Positions 44,222-54,603 of a DNA stretch of 64,000 nucleotides are shown here, piece after piece. The stretch comes from Ostreococcus lucimarinus (lineage: Eukaryota): NCBI GenBank assembly GCA_000092065.1, contig CP000585.1. The stretch is one strand, 5' to 3'. The position numbers were made by a program, and so were the translations under genes. Numbering within the stretch: position 1 is the stretch's first letter; every line of letters starts with the position of its first letter. Below the pieces are notes generated by a model that was given only the letters and a program-made list of their open reading frames with translations, was not told the DNA's origin and searched no databases.

Positions 44222-44731
44222 TCACCGTCCCCTGGCCTCGAGCGAACGCGAACAAATATCCGCGCACTCAAACAAGCAGTACTCCCTCGACCGAAAGCTG
44301 TCCTTGAACACGATCGGGTCGCGACGAACGCTCGCCGGCCCCAATCCCGGCCCCCCGCCGCCGCCGCGCGCGCACGTCGCCAAGCATTTATTCGCGCACT
44401 TTTCCACCGCCTTCCCGTTCGGCCCCGACGTGAGCGACTTCAGCGACCGCCTCGCGCGCGAATCGCTCTCGCTCGCGCGCAATCCGTCCGGGACGTCTTC
44501 GATGTAAAACTCCGCGCGCGCCGACGGCGCGTGCGCGCCGACGACGACGCACGCCGCGACGCCGCACGCCGCGCGCGCCAACGCCGCGCCGTCGAACGCG
44601 TCGAACGAGCGACCGCGCCGGCGCGCGTCGTCGCGCGCCGTCGCGCCGGCGCGCGTCGTCGCGCGCGCGTCGCGCCGCGCGCGCGTCGACGCCGTCCCGA
44701 GGCGGCGCGGCGTCGCGCGCGCGAGCGTCAT
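44222..44731 (-). CDS. Small Cys-rich protein with bipartite plastid/thylakoid-lumen-type targeting sequence (hypothetical)
   Basis: N-terminal R/T/A-rich transit-like region, then hydrophobic ALARAACGVAACVVVGAHA ending AHA (AxA lumenal cleavage motif). Mature part has the Cys patterns KCANKCLATC and CLFECADIC. Confidence 0.35.
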   Translation of the reverse strand: MTLARATPRRLGTASTRARRDARATTRAGATARDDARRRGRSFDAFDGAALARAACGVAACVVVGAHAPSARAEFYIEDVPDGLRASESDSRARRSLKSLTSGPNGKAVEKCANKCLATCARGGGGGPGLGPASVRRDPIVFKDSFRSREYCLFECADICSRSLEARGR

Positions 44732-44769
44732 CGGCGTCGCGTTGTCGCGCGCGAAGCGACACTTCGCGC

Positions 44770-45912
44770 ATGCCGAGCGTCGCCGTCGTCAAGTTCGGCG
44801 GCGCCGTGCTCACGGACAAGCGTCAACGCGGCGTCGTCGACGCGCGCGGGCTCGCGGATTGCGCGCGCGTCGCGCGACTCGCGCGCGACGCGGGCGCGTC
44901 GTTGATCATCGCGCACGGCGCGGGGAGTTTCGGACACGGTGCGACGCGACGGACGCGCGCGACGCGACGGACGCGATGGACGCGACGCGCGACTGACGCG
45001 CGCGGTGGCGACGCGGTCGCAGCGGAGGCGAAGGCGTGCGGGTGCGCGCGCGGCGGTGACTTGCGGGACGCGGCGTTCGCGCTGGGCGTCGACGGGACGC
45101 GAGCGAAAGTGCTCGAATTGAATCGACTCGTCGTCGACGCGCTGCGAGATGCCGGCGTGAACGCGCGAGGGATGACGCCGTGGCGCGAGGGGTGGCGAAC
45201 GCGAGGGCCGGGGCGGCCGGAGACGAGCGGACGAGACGAAGGACGCGCGGTGCTCGACGCGGTGCGCGACGGCGTCGTGCCGGTGATACACGGCGACGTG
45301 GTCGAGGACGTCGCGCAAGGCACGTCAGTGTTGAGCGCGGATACGATCGTCGAGATGTGCGCGAAATGGGCGATGGAAGAGTGGCCCGATGAGTGCCCGC
45401 GAGTGGTGTTTTGCAGCGACGTCTTCGGCGTCTACGACTCGCCGCCGACGACGCGAATCATAAACGCCGACGTCACCGACGGCGACGTACCGCTCCGCGT
45501 GAACGAAACCGAAACCGCCGTGCTCTTACGCGACATCATCGTCGACGCCGACGCCGACGCGAGCGATGGCACTCGCGTTCCCTGGCGATGCGCTCGCGCG
45601 TCGCCGCTCGCGCGTCTCGCCGAAGCCGCCGACGCCGCCGCCCTCGACGCCACGTTCGCCATCGACGACGCCATCGCCGACGTCACCGGCGGTGTTCGCG
45701 CCAAGCTCACCACCGCGATCGCCATCGCCTCGTATCTTCCCCCAGGCCCTCCCCGCGTGTTCCTCGCTCGGCCGGGCGCGTTTGCCGCCGAACCGTCGCG
45801 CGTCTCCGATCACGCCCTCAACGCCATCCTCGCCTTCGACGCGCGCGGCGCGCCCGACGATGCGGCACTGAATAATTTTATCGGCACCGCCATCGCGCGC
45901 CGCGCGCCGTAG
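44770..45912 (+). CDS. IPK: Isopentenyl phosphate kinase-like (amino acid kinase superfamily)
   Basis: VVKFGGAVLTDK, IIAHGAGSFGH, VPVIHGDVVED and ADVTGGVRAKL match the IPK motifs LKLGGSILSDK, LVHGGGAFGH, VPVIHGDIVID and IDVTGGMKYKI. A low-complexity insert GATRRTRATRRTRWTRRATD is encoded by a short tandem repeat. Confidence 0.65.
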   Translation: MPSVAVVKFGGAVLTDKRQRGVVDARGLADCARVARLARDAGASLIIAHGAGSFGHGATRRTRATRRTRWTRRATDARGGDAVAAEAKACGCARGGDLRDAAFALGVDGTRAKVLELNRLVVDALRDAGVNARGMTPWREGWRTRGPGRPETSGRDEGRAVLDAVRDGVVPVIHGDVVEDVAQGTSVLSADTIVEMCAKWAMEEWPDECPRVVFCSDVFGVYDSPPTTRIINADVTDGDVPLRVNETETAVLLRDIIVDADADASDGTRVPWRCARASPLARLAEAADAAALDATFAIDDAIADVTGGVRAKLTTAIAIASYLPPGPPRVFLARPGAFAAEPSRVSDHALNAILAFDARGAPDDAALNNFIGTAIARRAP

Positions 45913-45956
45913 CGCCGATTTCCCCGTCTCGCGCGTCCCGCCTCGCGTGTCGTCCC

Positions 45957-48900
45957 ATGTCTAGAGTCCCAACCCTCCGCGCTCCGCGCGTCGGTCCCCA
46001 GTCGTCGCCTCTCGCGCCCGTCATGGCGCGCGCGAGCCGAGGCGTCGACGCGTCCGCCGACGCGAATGCCGACGCGTCCGACGCGCCCGCCGACGCGCCC
46101 GACGCGACGTCGCCGCACGTCGACGCGGCGGTGGGCGCCGACGACGTCGCGCCCACCGCCGCGATCGCGCCCGACGCGCAATCCGCGCCCGACGCGCACG
46201 ACGCGAGCGACGACGACGCGCCGAACGCCGCGAAATCGGAGAATAAAAACAGCACCGGTCGCGGAAGCGGACGCGCGAGCGATGGACCGCACGGTGGCGG
46301 CGGCGACGGGACGCTGACGGTCACCCCGGACTCGCCCGCGGACGAGACGTGGCGCGCGCGGCGCGGGCCGCTGGACGCGAGCGACGGTGGACCGTGGACG
46401 AGCGAGGACAGCGCGGGTGCGTGAGATTAATTCGACGCGCGCGACGACGCGCGCGGGACGGGAGAGGGCGCGAGAGGGTGGTGGCGACGCGATGATGGAG
46501 TGGACCTAGTGGTGGATCTCTCGCGACGCGCGACTGACGACGGATGTACCGACGGAAACAGGGCCGCAACCCGTGGACATGTACGGGAAATTCACGTGGA
46601 AGATTGAAAACTTTTCGGAAATCAGTAAGCGGGAATTGCGATCGAACGTGTTCGAGGTGGGCGGGTATAAGTGGTACATTTTGGTGTACCCGCAAGGATG
46701 CGACGTGAGCAATCACCTGTCGTTGTTTTTGTGCGTCGCCGATTACGACAAGCTGTTGCCGGGATGGAGTCATTTCGCGCAGTTTACGATTGCGGTGGTG
46801 AATAAGGATCCGAAAAAGTCCAAGTACAGCGATACGTTGCACCGGTTCTGTAAGAAGGAGCACGACTGGGGTTGGAAAAAGTTTATGGAGCTCACGAAGG
46901 TGCTCGACGGTTTCACCGTGGCGGACACGCTCGTGATTAAGGCTCAGGTTCAAGTGATACACGAGAAAGTCGCGAGACCTTTCAGATGCCTAGACCCGCA
47001 GTACAGGCGCGAGCTCGTTCGGGTGTACCTTACGAATGTCGAGGTGCGTAGAGGCGAAAAGCGACGTCTCGAGCCGTCGAACCGAAACATCCATCGTGCT
47101 GATGAAAACACATATCAAGCATTTCTCGTTCTGAGCAATATATTCTGATGAACATCTATACACCCATAGAATCTGAACGATGGATGGATTCGAGCTCGAC
47201 TGACTCGAGCGCGCGCGTGGCGAGACAAGCGACGACGACTGACTTTATTTTCATCTTGACCAAACGCAGGGCATTTGTCGAAGATTTTTAGATGAGAAGC
47301 GCGAGAAACTGATGACGATGCGCGCGGACGAAGAGCAATGGTCAAATCTTCGTCAATTCTGGAACTCTCGCGAGGGGAAAGAGAAGGTACAGCTCACGAT
47401 GGAGAAGTCTGACATTCTGCTCAAGGGGATCGTCAAGCGCTTCTTCAACGAAAAGGAAGTGACGTCGACGCTCGTCATGGATGCACTTTACTGCGGCTGC
47501 CGCGCGTTGGACATCGCGGAAAATGACTTGGAAGCCAAGGCGACCTCCGTGAGTACCTCGAATAAGTGCTCTGTGGCCATGAGCATCGTGCAAAACAAGA
47601 GTGTTTTGACGGGTGACTTTGTCTCGGCGCTCGAGCGGGCCGCTGACGGAACCGCGTTTGACGCGGACGAAGAAGACAAGAAATCCGCCTCGGATGACCT
47701 GTCCGCCACCGATGCCGTCGAACGCGATGAAAAACGATTAGCCGAACTTGGTCGTCGCACCATCGAGATGTACGTTCTCTCGCACGTGTTTGTCAACCGC
47801 GTCGAAATCGCGTTTCGCGAAGCCGAGGCGTTGATGCGCCAAGAGGCGCTTATCGCTGAGGAGGAAGAAGCCGAACGACTCGCACAAGAGCTTGAAGGTC
47901 AGAAGAAGAGCAAGAAGCAAAAGCAAAAAGAGCGTCAACGACAGAAGAAGGCTATCGAAGACGCTGAGAAGGCTGAAAAGGAGGCGGAAGAGGCTCGCAT
48001 TCGCGAAGAAGCCGAAGCGGCGAAGGAAGCTGAGCGCGCCGCCAAGGCAGCTGCTAAGGCAGCAGCGTTGGCAGAAGAGCGCGCGCGCGAGGAGGCGGAA
48101 GCGGCCATCAAAGCAAAGGCTGAAGCCGAAGCTCGCGCCGCGCGCGAAGCCAAGGCAGCGGCCAAGGCTGCCGAGAAGGCGAAACGAGAAGCCGAGGAAA
48201 AGGCCAAGGAGGACGAGGCGAGAAAGCTCAAGGAGGAAGCCGAAGCTAAGGCCGCCGCGGAGGCCGCGGCGAAGGCTATTCCGTCCCCTAAAGCTGATAG
48301 CCCTTCGACGCCCACCCGCACGAAGTCCATGTCGCAAGTTTCGTCACCTTCGAAGGTTATCCCGGCTCCGTTGTCGAACGAAGTGAGCACGTTGCGTTCG
48401 CGAATCTCTCAGCTCGAGCTTCAGCTCGACGAGAAGACGAGCGAATGCGCGCAACTTACCGCGGATTTGGACAAAGCGAAGGATATTATTTTGCAACTAC
48501 GAAGCGAGATGGTGAGCGGTGTATCGTCGATGTCGATGCAAAAGCAGTCGTCCATGGAGTCGCTTGGCGATGTCGCTCGTACCGCCCAGGCGGCTTCGGC
48601 GATGCTCGGCGATAGCACCAATATCGTGCGCATGGGATCATCGAGCATGATCGCGAATGGCGCATCCAACGGTGCGGTGACGTCGGGTATGCAGCCGATT
48701 TTGGCGAGCGCCAAGTCGCAGCCTCCGCTTCCTCCCGGGCCTCCGCCTCCAGGAAGCGGCGACGTCGGTCCGCCGCCGCCGCCGCGCGGTCCGCCGCCGC
48801 CTGGTTCGGCGCGCGTGAACGAAACTGGACCTGCATCGCCGCAACACAGTTCTAACAGCGGCTTACCGCCTTCCTTCGCCGCCATGGCGGCTGGATCGCG

Positions 48901-49120
48901 TCCGCCAGAACCTCCAGTGGTGCCGCCCGGCATGAGTAGCTACGGTCAACAACCGCCGCCGCCCGGCATGGGTCAGCAAGTCAATCCGCTCGGCACACCG
49001 CCATCGATGAAAACTATGGCCCCACCTCCGGGGATGGGTCACCCTTCCACGTGGTCTCCGGGCATACAGGAAGAGTTCCCGCACCTCGGCATGATCAGCG
49101 ACCTGTTGGACTTCGATTGA
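45957..49120 (+). CDS. Plant-type TRAF-like MATH-domain + coiled-coil protein. Three exons: 45957-46416 + 46562-47043 + 47270-49120.
   Basis: MATH domain YGKFTWKIENFSEISKRELRSNVFEVGGYKWYILVYPQGCDVSNHLSLFLCVADYDKLLPGWSHFAQFTIAVVNKDPKKSKYSDTLHRFCKKEHDWGWKKFMEL follows Arabidopsis TRAF-like proteins almost residue by residue. Exon junctions restore ...SAGPQPVDMYGKFTW and ...RVYLTNVE|GICRRFLDEKREKL (compare YLTNVEQICRRFVEEKRSKL). C-terminus EFPHLGMISDLLDFD. Confidence 0.75.
46417..46561 (+). other. Inferred intron 1 of MATH gene (145 bp, donor GTGCGT, acceptor aaaCAG, phase 1)
   Basis: Exon 1 read-through hits TGA directly after the donor. The downstream frame has a stop (TAG ~46508) before the conserved GPQPVDMYGKFTW. 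Confidence 0.6.
47044..47269 (+). other. Inferred intron 2 of MATH gene (226 bp, donor GTGCGT, acceptor acgCAG, phase 0); AT-richer than its flanks
   Basis: Exon 2 read-through shortly gives stops. Splicing joins YLTNVE to GICRRFLDEKREKL, exactly as in plant homologs. Confidence 0.7.
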
Positions 49121-49341
49121 TCGCGTCGCGACGTTTGGGGACGACGACAAACCACATCCGTCATCGATATCCGCCGCTAGCGAGCGAAACAACTGAAAAC
49201 CTGAACCCAGGAGAGTAGATAGACCGTCGCGCTTCCACGTAGAGCTTGGAAAGACAAATTCTCCTCATTTAAAACTTTTCCTCGCGAGCGCTAACGCGCC
49301 GTCGCGTCACTGCTCGACGCGTCACTGCTCGACGTCGCGCC

Positions 49342-50502
49342 ATGTCGACCCTCGATCTCGGCGTTCACGCTCGATGCGTGTGCGCCGTACCGAGCGTGGC
49401 GCGCGCAGACGGCGACGAACCATCGCCCTCGTCGTCGTCGTCGCGATTCTTCACCGCCACGAACACGCTAAGAGGCGAAAACAAATTGATCCAAGTCGAA
49501 TTCACTCCCGAGACGAAAACGTGCGCGACGACGACGTCCATCGCGCTCGAACACCGCTGTTGCGAGACCGTCGACGTCGACGAGACTGGTACACACGTCG
49601 TGGTGACGTACGAAGACGCAGGACGGGAGACGAAGCGCGTGCGAGGCGTGGCGACGGCGGCGGTGGGCGAGCGGGACGGCGCGAGCGGGACGCCGACGGA
49701 TTTAAGACTCGACGACGCGTCGTCGAGCGCGACGGCAAAAGACGTCGAAGAGTTTGAAACGGTGAAGTGCGCGCGATTGAACCGCGTCACCGGGACGTTG
49801 GTGACGGTGGATGAGTTTAAGGCGCGCGTGTGGCGTCGTCGGGACGACGGCGCGTTCGCGAGCGCGTCTTCGTGCGCCACTCGCGTCGATCAATCGCGCT
49901 CTGAGATCATCGGCGGAATGAATACGATGCAGGACGGCGTCGCACAAGGCGCATGGGATCCTCACTCGGCGGATGCGTTCGCGTGCGGTGTGGACGCTGA
50001 CGTCGTCGTGTTCGACGCGCGCACGGCGAGTCGCGCGCAGACGATTGAAAAGGCGCACGCCCAGCAAACGCGCGACGTGCGATACAACCCGAACAAACCG
50101 CACGAGATGATGTCGTGCGGCGACGACGGATTGCTCAAGATGTGGGACGCTCGCGCGCACGAGCGGCCGTTGAAAGTCGTCGCCGGGCACGAGCACTGGA
50201 TTTGGAACTGCGCGTACAATCCCGTATACGACGCTCTCACGCTCAGCGCCGGTTCCGACGGCACCGTGCGTCTGTGGTGCGATGACGACGCGTTACCGAG
50301 CGACTCGCACAGCGCTTCACGCGCGGACGCTCGAAGCGGCATTCGCGCCGTATCCCGCCGCGTCGTCCGCGCCGACTCCGTTTCGGCGCGCGCGTGCGCG
50401 TGGAGCGCCGCCGACCCTTGGACGTACGCCGTCGTCACCGCCGACGGCGCCTTCACCGCGCTCGAAGTTCCGCGCGAGGAAAAATATAGAATTCTCCTGT
50501 AA
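49342..50502 (+). CDS. EIPR1: EARP/GARPII-interacting protein 1 (EIPR1/TSSC1) WD40-repeat protein
   Basis: RDVRYNPNKPHEMMSCGDDGLLKMWDAR...GHEHWIWNCAYNPVYDALTLSAGSDGTVRLW...ACAWSAADPWTYAVVTADGAFTALEVPREEKYRILL is closely collinear with human TSSC1 ([27 protein letters not shown]...[28 protein letters not shown]...[36 protein letters not shown]). Confidence 0.8.
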   Translation: MSTLDLGVHARCVCAVPSVARADGDEPSPSSSSSRFFTATNTLRGENKLIQVEFTPETKTCATTTSIALEHRCCETVDVDETGTHVVVTYEDAGRETKRVRGVATAAVGERDGASGTPTDLRLDDASSSATAKDVEEFETVKCARLNRVTGTLVTVDEFKARVWRRRDDGAFASASSCATRVDQSRSEIIGGMNTMQDGVAQGAWDPHSADAFACGVDADVVVFDARTASRAQTIEKAHAQQTRDVRYNPNKPHEMMSCGDDGLLKMWDARAHERPLKVVAGHEHWIWNCAYNPVYDALTLSAGSDGTVRLWCDDDALPSDSHSASRADARSGIRAVSRRVVRADSVSARACAWSAADPWTYAVVTADGAFTALEVPREEKYRILL

Positions 50503-50560
50503 AGCGACGCACGTCCGAGCGAACGCCGCCGTCGCCGTCCGTCCGTCTCAGCGAAAAAAA

Positions 50561-50582
50561 GTCGGCACGCCGAGGTGCCGAC
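50561..50582 (+). other. Perfect 8-bp-stem hairpin (gtcggcac-gccgag-gtgccgac) in the EIPR1 3' flank, just after an A7 run
   Basis: Inverted repeat read directly. Located ~55 nt downstream of the EIPR1 stop, preceded by gcgaaaaaaa. Confidence 0.6.
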
Positions 50583-50791
50583 TCGGCGCCGACGCGTCAT
50601 TCCGAGACGCGACGATCGCGTCGCGCGACCGCGTCGACGCGCGCGGGCGACGTCGCGACGCGCGCGAGCGACAAAAACTAAAACGAGCGAACGAACGCGC
50701 GCGCGCGAGGTCGACGGCGCGACGCGGGCGCGGGCGCGCGACGCGGTGATTACGAATTCGACATTCGTCGTCGACACTCATCGGCGGACGC

Positions 50792-51859
50792 ATGGGGAAA
50801 GACTTTTACGAGACGCTGGGGGTGTCGCGCGCGGACGCGGACGATCAGGAAAAATTGAAAAAGGCGTACAAGAAGGCGGCGCTGAAATCGCACCCGGATC
50901 GACCGGGAGGCGACGCCGAAAAGTTCAAGGCGGTGGGTTTGGCGTACGATGCGCTGAGCGACGCGAACAAGCGGACGATATACGACCGATACGGTGAGGA
51001 GGGGTTGAAGCAAGGGTTCGTGCCGCCGGAAGCGAGGGGCGAGGCGAGCGGTGCGAGCGCGGGTGGGTTTCCGGGAGGAGGATTTTCGGGAAGCGCGCCC
51101 GGGAGTGGATTTCGCGCGTCGAGCGGCGGCGGCGGTTTCGGGTTCCCCGGCGGCGGCGGGTTTCATGAATTCACCGGTGCAGACGCGGAAGATTTGTTCG
51201 CCAGGTTTTTCGGCGGTGGCGGCGGCGGCGGCGCGGGGTCACCGTTTGGAGGAGGAATGGGCGACGCGTTCGGCGCGGGCGTGGGGAGCAAACGACGTCG
51301 TCCCGAGTGCGTGTTGAATCTCGAGTGCACGCTCGAGGAGCTGTTTAGAGGCGGACGCCGGGACATCAACTACGTTCGAAACGTGCGTGCGGGAACGAGC
51401 GGTCAGATGGCTCAAAGTAATGAGTGCATCTCGATCGATTTCAAACCCGGTTGGAAAACCGGCACGAAAATTACATTTGCCGGAAAAGGGAACGAAGACG
51501 CGCAAACCGGCGAAGCGGCGGATCTGGTCGTGGTGATCAAGGAAACGCCGCACAAATTCTTACGACGAGATGGAGATGACTTGGTGTACGAAGTTCCTCA
51601 AATCTCACTTCGCAGCGCGTTGATTGGTTGGAAGGTTGAATTCGTCAACGTAGACGGCGAGAAGGTGCGTCTATCGTTCGACGATCCTACGGCTCCAGGA
51701 TCGGCGCGCGCGGTTCGAGGAAAAGGAATGCCGAATCAGAAGACCGGGCGGAGAGGCGACCTCATCGTCACCGTAAAAACCGTCAAGTTTCCCTCGCATC
51801 TCAACTCGAAACAAAAAACATTGCTACGCGAAGCCTTCGCTCCAGGTGCCGCGGCGTGA
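50792..51859 (+). CDS. DnaJ/Hsp40 co-chaperone, subfamily B (Sis1/DNAJB-like)
   Basis: J domain: [60 protein letters not shown], with HPD motif. Followed by a Gly/Phe-rich region and the C-terminal peptide-binding domains. Confidence 0.85.
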   Translation: MGKDFYETLGVSRADADDQEKLKKAYKKAALKSHPDRPGGDAEKFKAVGLAYDALSDANKRTIYDRYGEEGLKQGFVPPEARGEASGASAGGFPGGGFSGSAPGSGFRASSGGGGFGFPGGGGFHEFTGADAEDLFARFFGGGGGGGAGSPFGGGMGDAFGAGVGSKRRRPECVLNLECTLEELFRGGRRDINYVRNVRAGTSGQMAQSNECISIDFKPGWKTGTKITFAGKGNEDAQTGEAADLVVVIKETPHKFLRRDGDDLVYEVPQISLRSALIGWKVEFVNVDGEKVRLSFDDPTAPGSARAVRGKGMPNQKTGRRGDLIVTVKTVKFPSHLNSKQKTLLREAFAPGAAA

Positions 51860-51914
51860 GCTTCGTGGCGCGTAGACCGTCGGTACAATATTTTGTCATC
51901 ATCGACATATTACA

Positions 51915-54356
51915 TCACATCATCTTTCGAAAGTTCTCTCTAATTTGTTCTAGTTTGTGCGTCGGATTCGCGCTCTTTTTCATTTCCTTACCCGCGCATT
52001 CCACCGCTTCTTCGACGAGCAAATCGATGTCGTCGCCGATGCCTCGAAGGATGGCGTCAATTTCCGATCGGAGGCGTCGACATCGTTTCACGTCGATCGG
52101 CGTTAAAGCGTCATCGTCGACTTGATCGGATTTCGATTCCGCCTTCGAGCCATCGTCACCGATGGTTTGCGTCGCGGTAGTTTCCTTCGACTTGGCGCTC
52201 GCGCGAACGCGTGCGAGTTCTTCTTCGTAATCTTTGAGCATTTGTTTCGTTCGCGGGTTGAGGGTCGGATCGATTTCGTTGGAAATCGTTCGCATGCGAC
52301 ACGACGCGGCGTGGCCTTCCGCGTTGTACGGCGACACGTCTTCCTTCCCACAAGAACCGCACACGTGGTATCCAGAGCACTCGCCTTTCTTCTGCGAGCA
52401 AAATCCCTTCGCGCTACCGCCGAGGAGGGCCTTTTCAAACTCGCGAATGCCGACCATGGACTTCATGAAGTATAAAAAGCATGGTTGCTTGTTCGCGTCC
52501 GGAATCACACCGCACACAGAGTGCAGTTTACACTCTGGCTTGTGTTTGCCGCGTCCTTCTTCACCGCAGTGACCGCAAATGTGTCGAGAGTGACATCGAT
52601 CGCCCTTGCCGCACAACGCCCAGCCACCGCTGCTTCCGATTTTAAACTTTTGCGAGTCGCTCTCCATCTTGAAATAGTCTCCGAGAGAGTGCAAGTAGTA
52701 CTTTCGACACAAATCGACTGGAGCAGAGTCGGCGAAGACGGCGTGTAAGCGACACGTCGGTAAATGCGCGTCGTTGCCGCTCTTTCCGCACGCGCCGCAC
52801 ACGTGCTCGAGCATGCACTTGTCGCTGCGGGGACACAAATTCCAAACGTGCTTTTCTTGATCCCATCCGTTACGCAAAGCTCCGCCGGTGTCGTCCACGG
52901 AGTTCAAGTAATAATCCAAGCACACTTTGTTCTCCACGCGTTTATGAATGTTGGCGTAGAGTGACGGACACATTCCAAACGTGTGACGCGGCGACTCGCA
53001 GAGTTGACACACGTGTCGACTCACGCACCCGTTGCATCCGAACTTATCCCCGCGCAAATTAAACGCAGTGCATATTTCACCAGCCGACGGCTCGCGCTGC
53101 AGATCGCGGAACACGCTGTTCGTCGGTGGCGCGGAAACTTCCTCCTTGATGGAATCGTCGTCGAGCGCAGAATCGCCCAACGTCTCCGTGGCTTGACGAA
53201 GTATGCGCGATCGATTCAACAGATCTGTGAGTTCGGCCGGGGTGGCGTCCAGACCCAGTGCATCCGCTTCGAATCGACCGGCTGTGAGTTCGGCGAGGTC
53301 GATTTCGTCTGCATCGCCGCCACGAAGTCCGGAAATGTCTTCGTGCGGCGCCACGTCGACACCATCTTCTAGCGCGCCTCCGAGGACACCACTCGCTGAG
53401 GCGTCCACGGAAGAGAAAAACGGACTCAATTCTCTGTCACCCGCTGACGGGACGTTGTGCTCGAGTTGTTGATGCGAGTTCACCGACGGTGAAGTGTATC
53501 CGAGAGGGATGTTCGCGCCCACGCGCGCGTCTCCTGTATCACCTCCGAGAAGCGCCGCGGAAAAATCACTCATCATACTTTCGATGTAATCATCACCGCT
53601 CGCTCGCGCTGGCGCGGCTTCGCTCGGCGACGCGAAGGCTGGCGAAAAGAACGACGGCGACGCGGCGCCAAACGTACCCAGCGGCAGCGACGACGCACCA
53701 GGGCCGGACGCACTCCCCATCGGCGGTGTCTGCCCGTTCGTCGACGTCGGCCCACGAGTCGCGGTGCCCCCGCGCGTCGTTCGCGGCGTCAACATCGGCG
53801 ACTTCGTCCGAGTCGGTTGCCCCGTCGGTTGCCCCGCCGCGCGCGTCGGCGCCGGCGGCTCGCTCTGTATTATCCCTCCCGCTTCATCCTTCCTCAAAAT
53901 CCGCGGACTCGCCCCTTTCATGATCCCGCTCAACATCCCCAACACGTCTTGGTTCGTCGCTCCCATCATCTTCGCCGGCGGCGGTCCGCTCGGCGAGCCC
54001 TCCGTCGACGTCTCCCCGCGGTTCGCCGGCGCCCCGACGTTCGCGTTCGTCGCCTCACCATCATCCAGCACGCACACCCGTTCGCCGCGTTCCACTCGCA
54101 CCACGCGTATCGCTCGCGCGTTCACCAGCTCTCGCTCCACGTTCGCGTCGACGCACACGAATTCTTCCGCGTTCAGCGCCGCGCGCGCCGCGCTCGAGCT
54201 CACCAGCACCCGATCTGGGCTCTTCAGTCCGATCAGAATCACCCCGAGCCGTCCGCCGCCCGCCGAGCGCGTCTCGACGACGTATCGCTGTTTCTTCGTC
54301 CCGTCCGCGCCGAGCGCGAGCTTGAACACGCGCTTGGCGTCCGCGGGGGCGGGCAT
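51915..54356 (-). CDS. Multi-zinc-finger protein with four tandem Cys/His modules (pattern C-x5-C-x3-H-x-C-G-x-C-G-x7-9-H-x3-C-x2-H), family unassigned
   Basis: CNGCVSRHVCQLCESPRHTFGMCP; CPRSDKCMLEHVCGACGKSGNDAHLPTCRLH; CGKGDRCHSRHICGHCGEEGRGKHKPECKLH; CSQKKGECSGYHVCGSCGKEDVSPYNAEGHAASC. Long S/P/G-rich low-complexity region and an acidic/coiled C-terminus. Confidence 0.55.
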   Translation of the reverse strand: MPAPADAKRVFKLALGADGTKKQRYVVETRSAGGGRLGVILIGLKSPDRVLVSSSAARAALNAEEFVCVDANVERELVNARAIRVVRVERGERVCVLDDGEATNANVGAPANRGETSTEGSPSGPPPAKMMGATNQDVLGMLSGIMKGASPRILRKDEAGGIIQSEPPAPTRAAGQPTGQPTRTKSPMLTPRTTRGGTATRGPTSTNGQTPPMGSASGPGASSLPLGTFGAASPSFFSPAFASPSEAAPARASGDDYIESMMSDFSAALLGGDTGDARVGANIPLGYTSPSVNSHQQLEHNVPSAGDRELSPFFSSVDASASGVLGGALEDGVDVAPHEDISGLRGGDADEIDLAELTAGRFEADALGLDATPAELTDLLNRSRILRQATETLGDSALDDDSIKEEVSAPPTNSVFRDLQREPSAGEICTAFNLRGDKFGCNGCVSRHVCQLCESPRHTFGMCPSLYANIHKRVENKVCLDYYLNSVDDTGGALRNGWDQEKHVWNLCPRSDKCMLEHVCGACGKSGNDAHLPTCRLHAVFADSAPVDLCRKYYLHSLGDYFKMESDSQKFKIGSSGGWALCGKGDRCHSRHICGHCGEEGRGKHKPECKLHSVCGVIPDANKQPCFLYFMKSMVGIREFEKALLGGSAKGFCSQKKGECSGYHVCGSCGKEDVSPYNAEGHAASCRMRTISNEIDPTLNPRTKQMLKDYEEELARVRASAKSKETTATQTIGDDGSKAESKSDQVDDDALTPIDVKRCRRLRSEIDAILRGIGDDIDLLVEEAVECAGKEMKKSANPTHKLEQIRENFRKMM

Positions 54357-54603
54357 CGCGCCGCGTTCGCGGACTCGACACGGCGCGGGCGGCGCGACGC
54401 GAAACCGCGCGCGCGGTCGCGGCGCGTCCGCAAACGCGGCGCCGAACGACGCTCGATGCGCGCGTCGACGTGCCGCGGGCGCGGGCGCGGGCGCGCGCGC
54501 GACGAGGGACGCTCGCGGGACGCGGAGTGACGCGACGGGAGGTTGGCAGTCAACCGCCGGGGCGCGCGAGGCGGGCGACGAAGGAATCGAATGACAACTC
54601 GAG

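Noticed and set aside
49306-49335. Direct 15-bp repeat cgtcactgctcgacg x2 immediately upstream of the EIPR1 ATG
   Set aside because: Too short and isolated to call a regulatory element. Noted only as a possible slippage duplicate.
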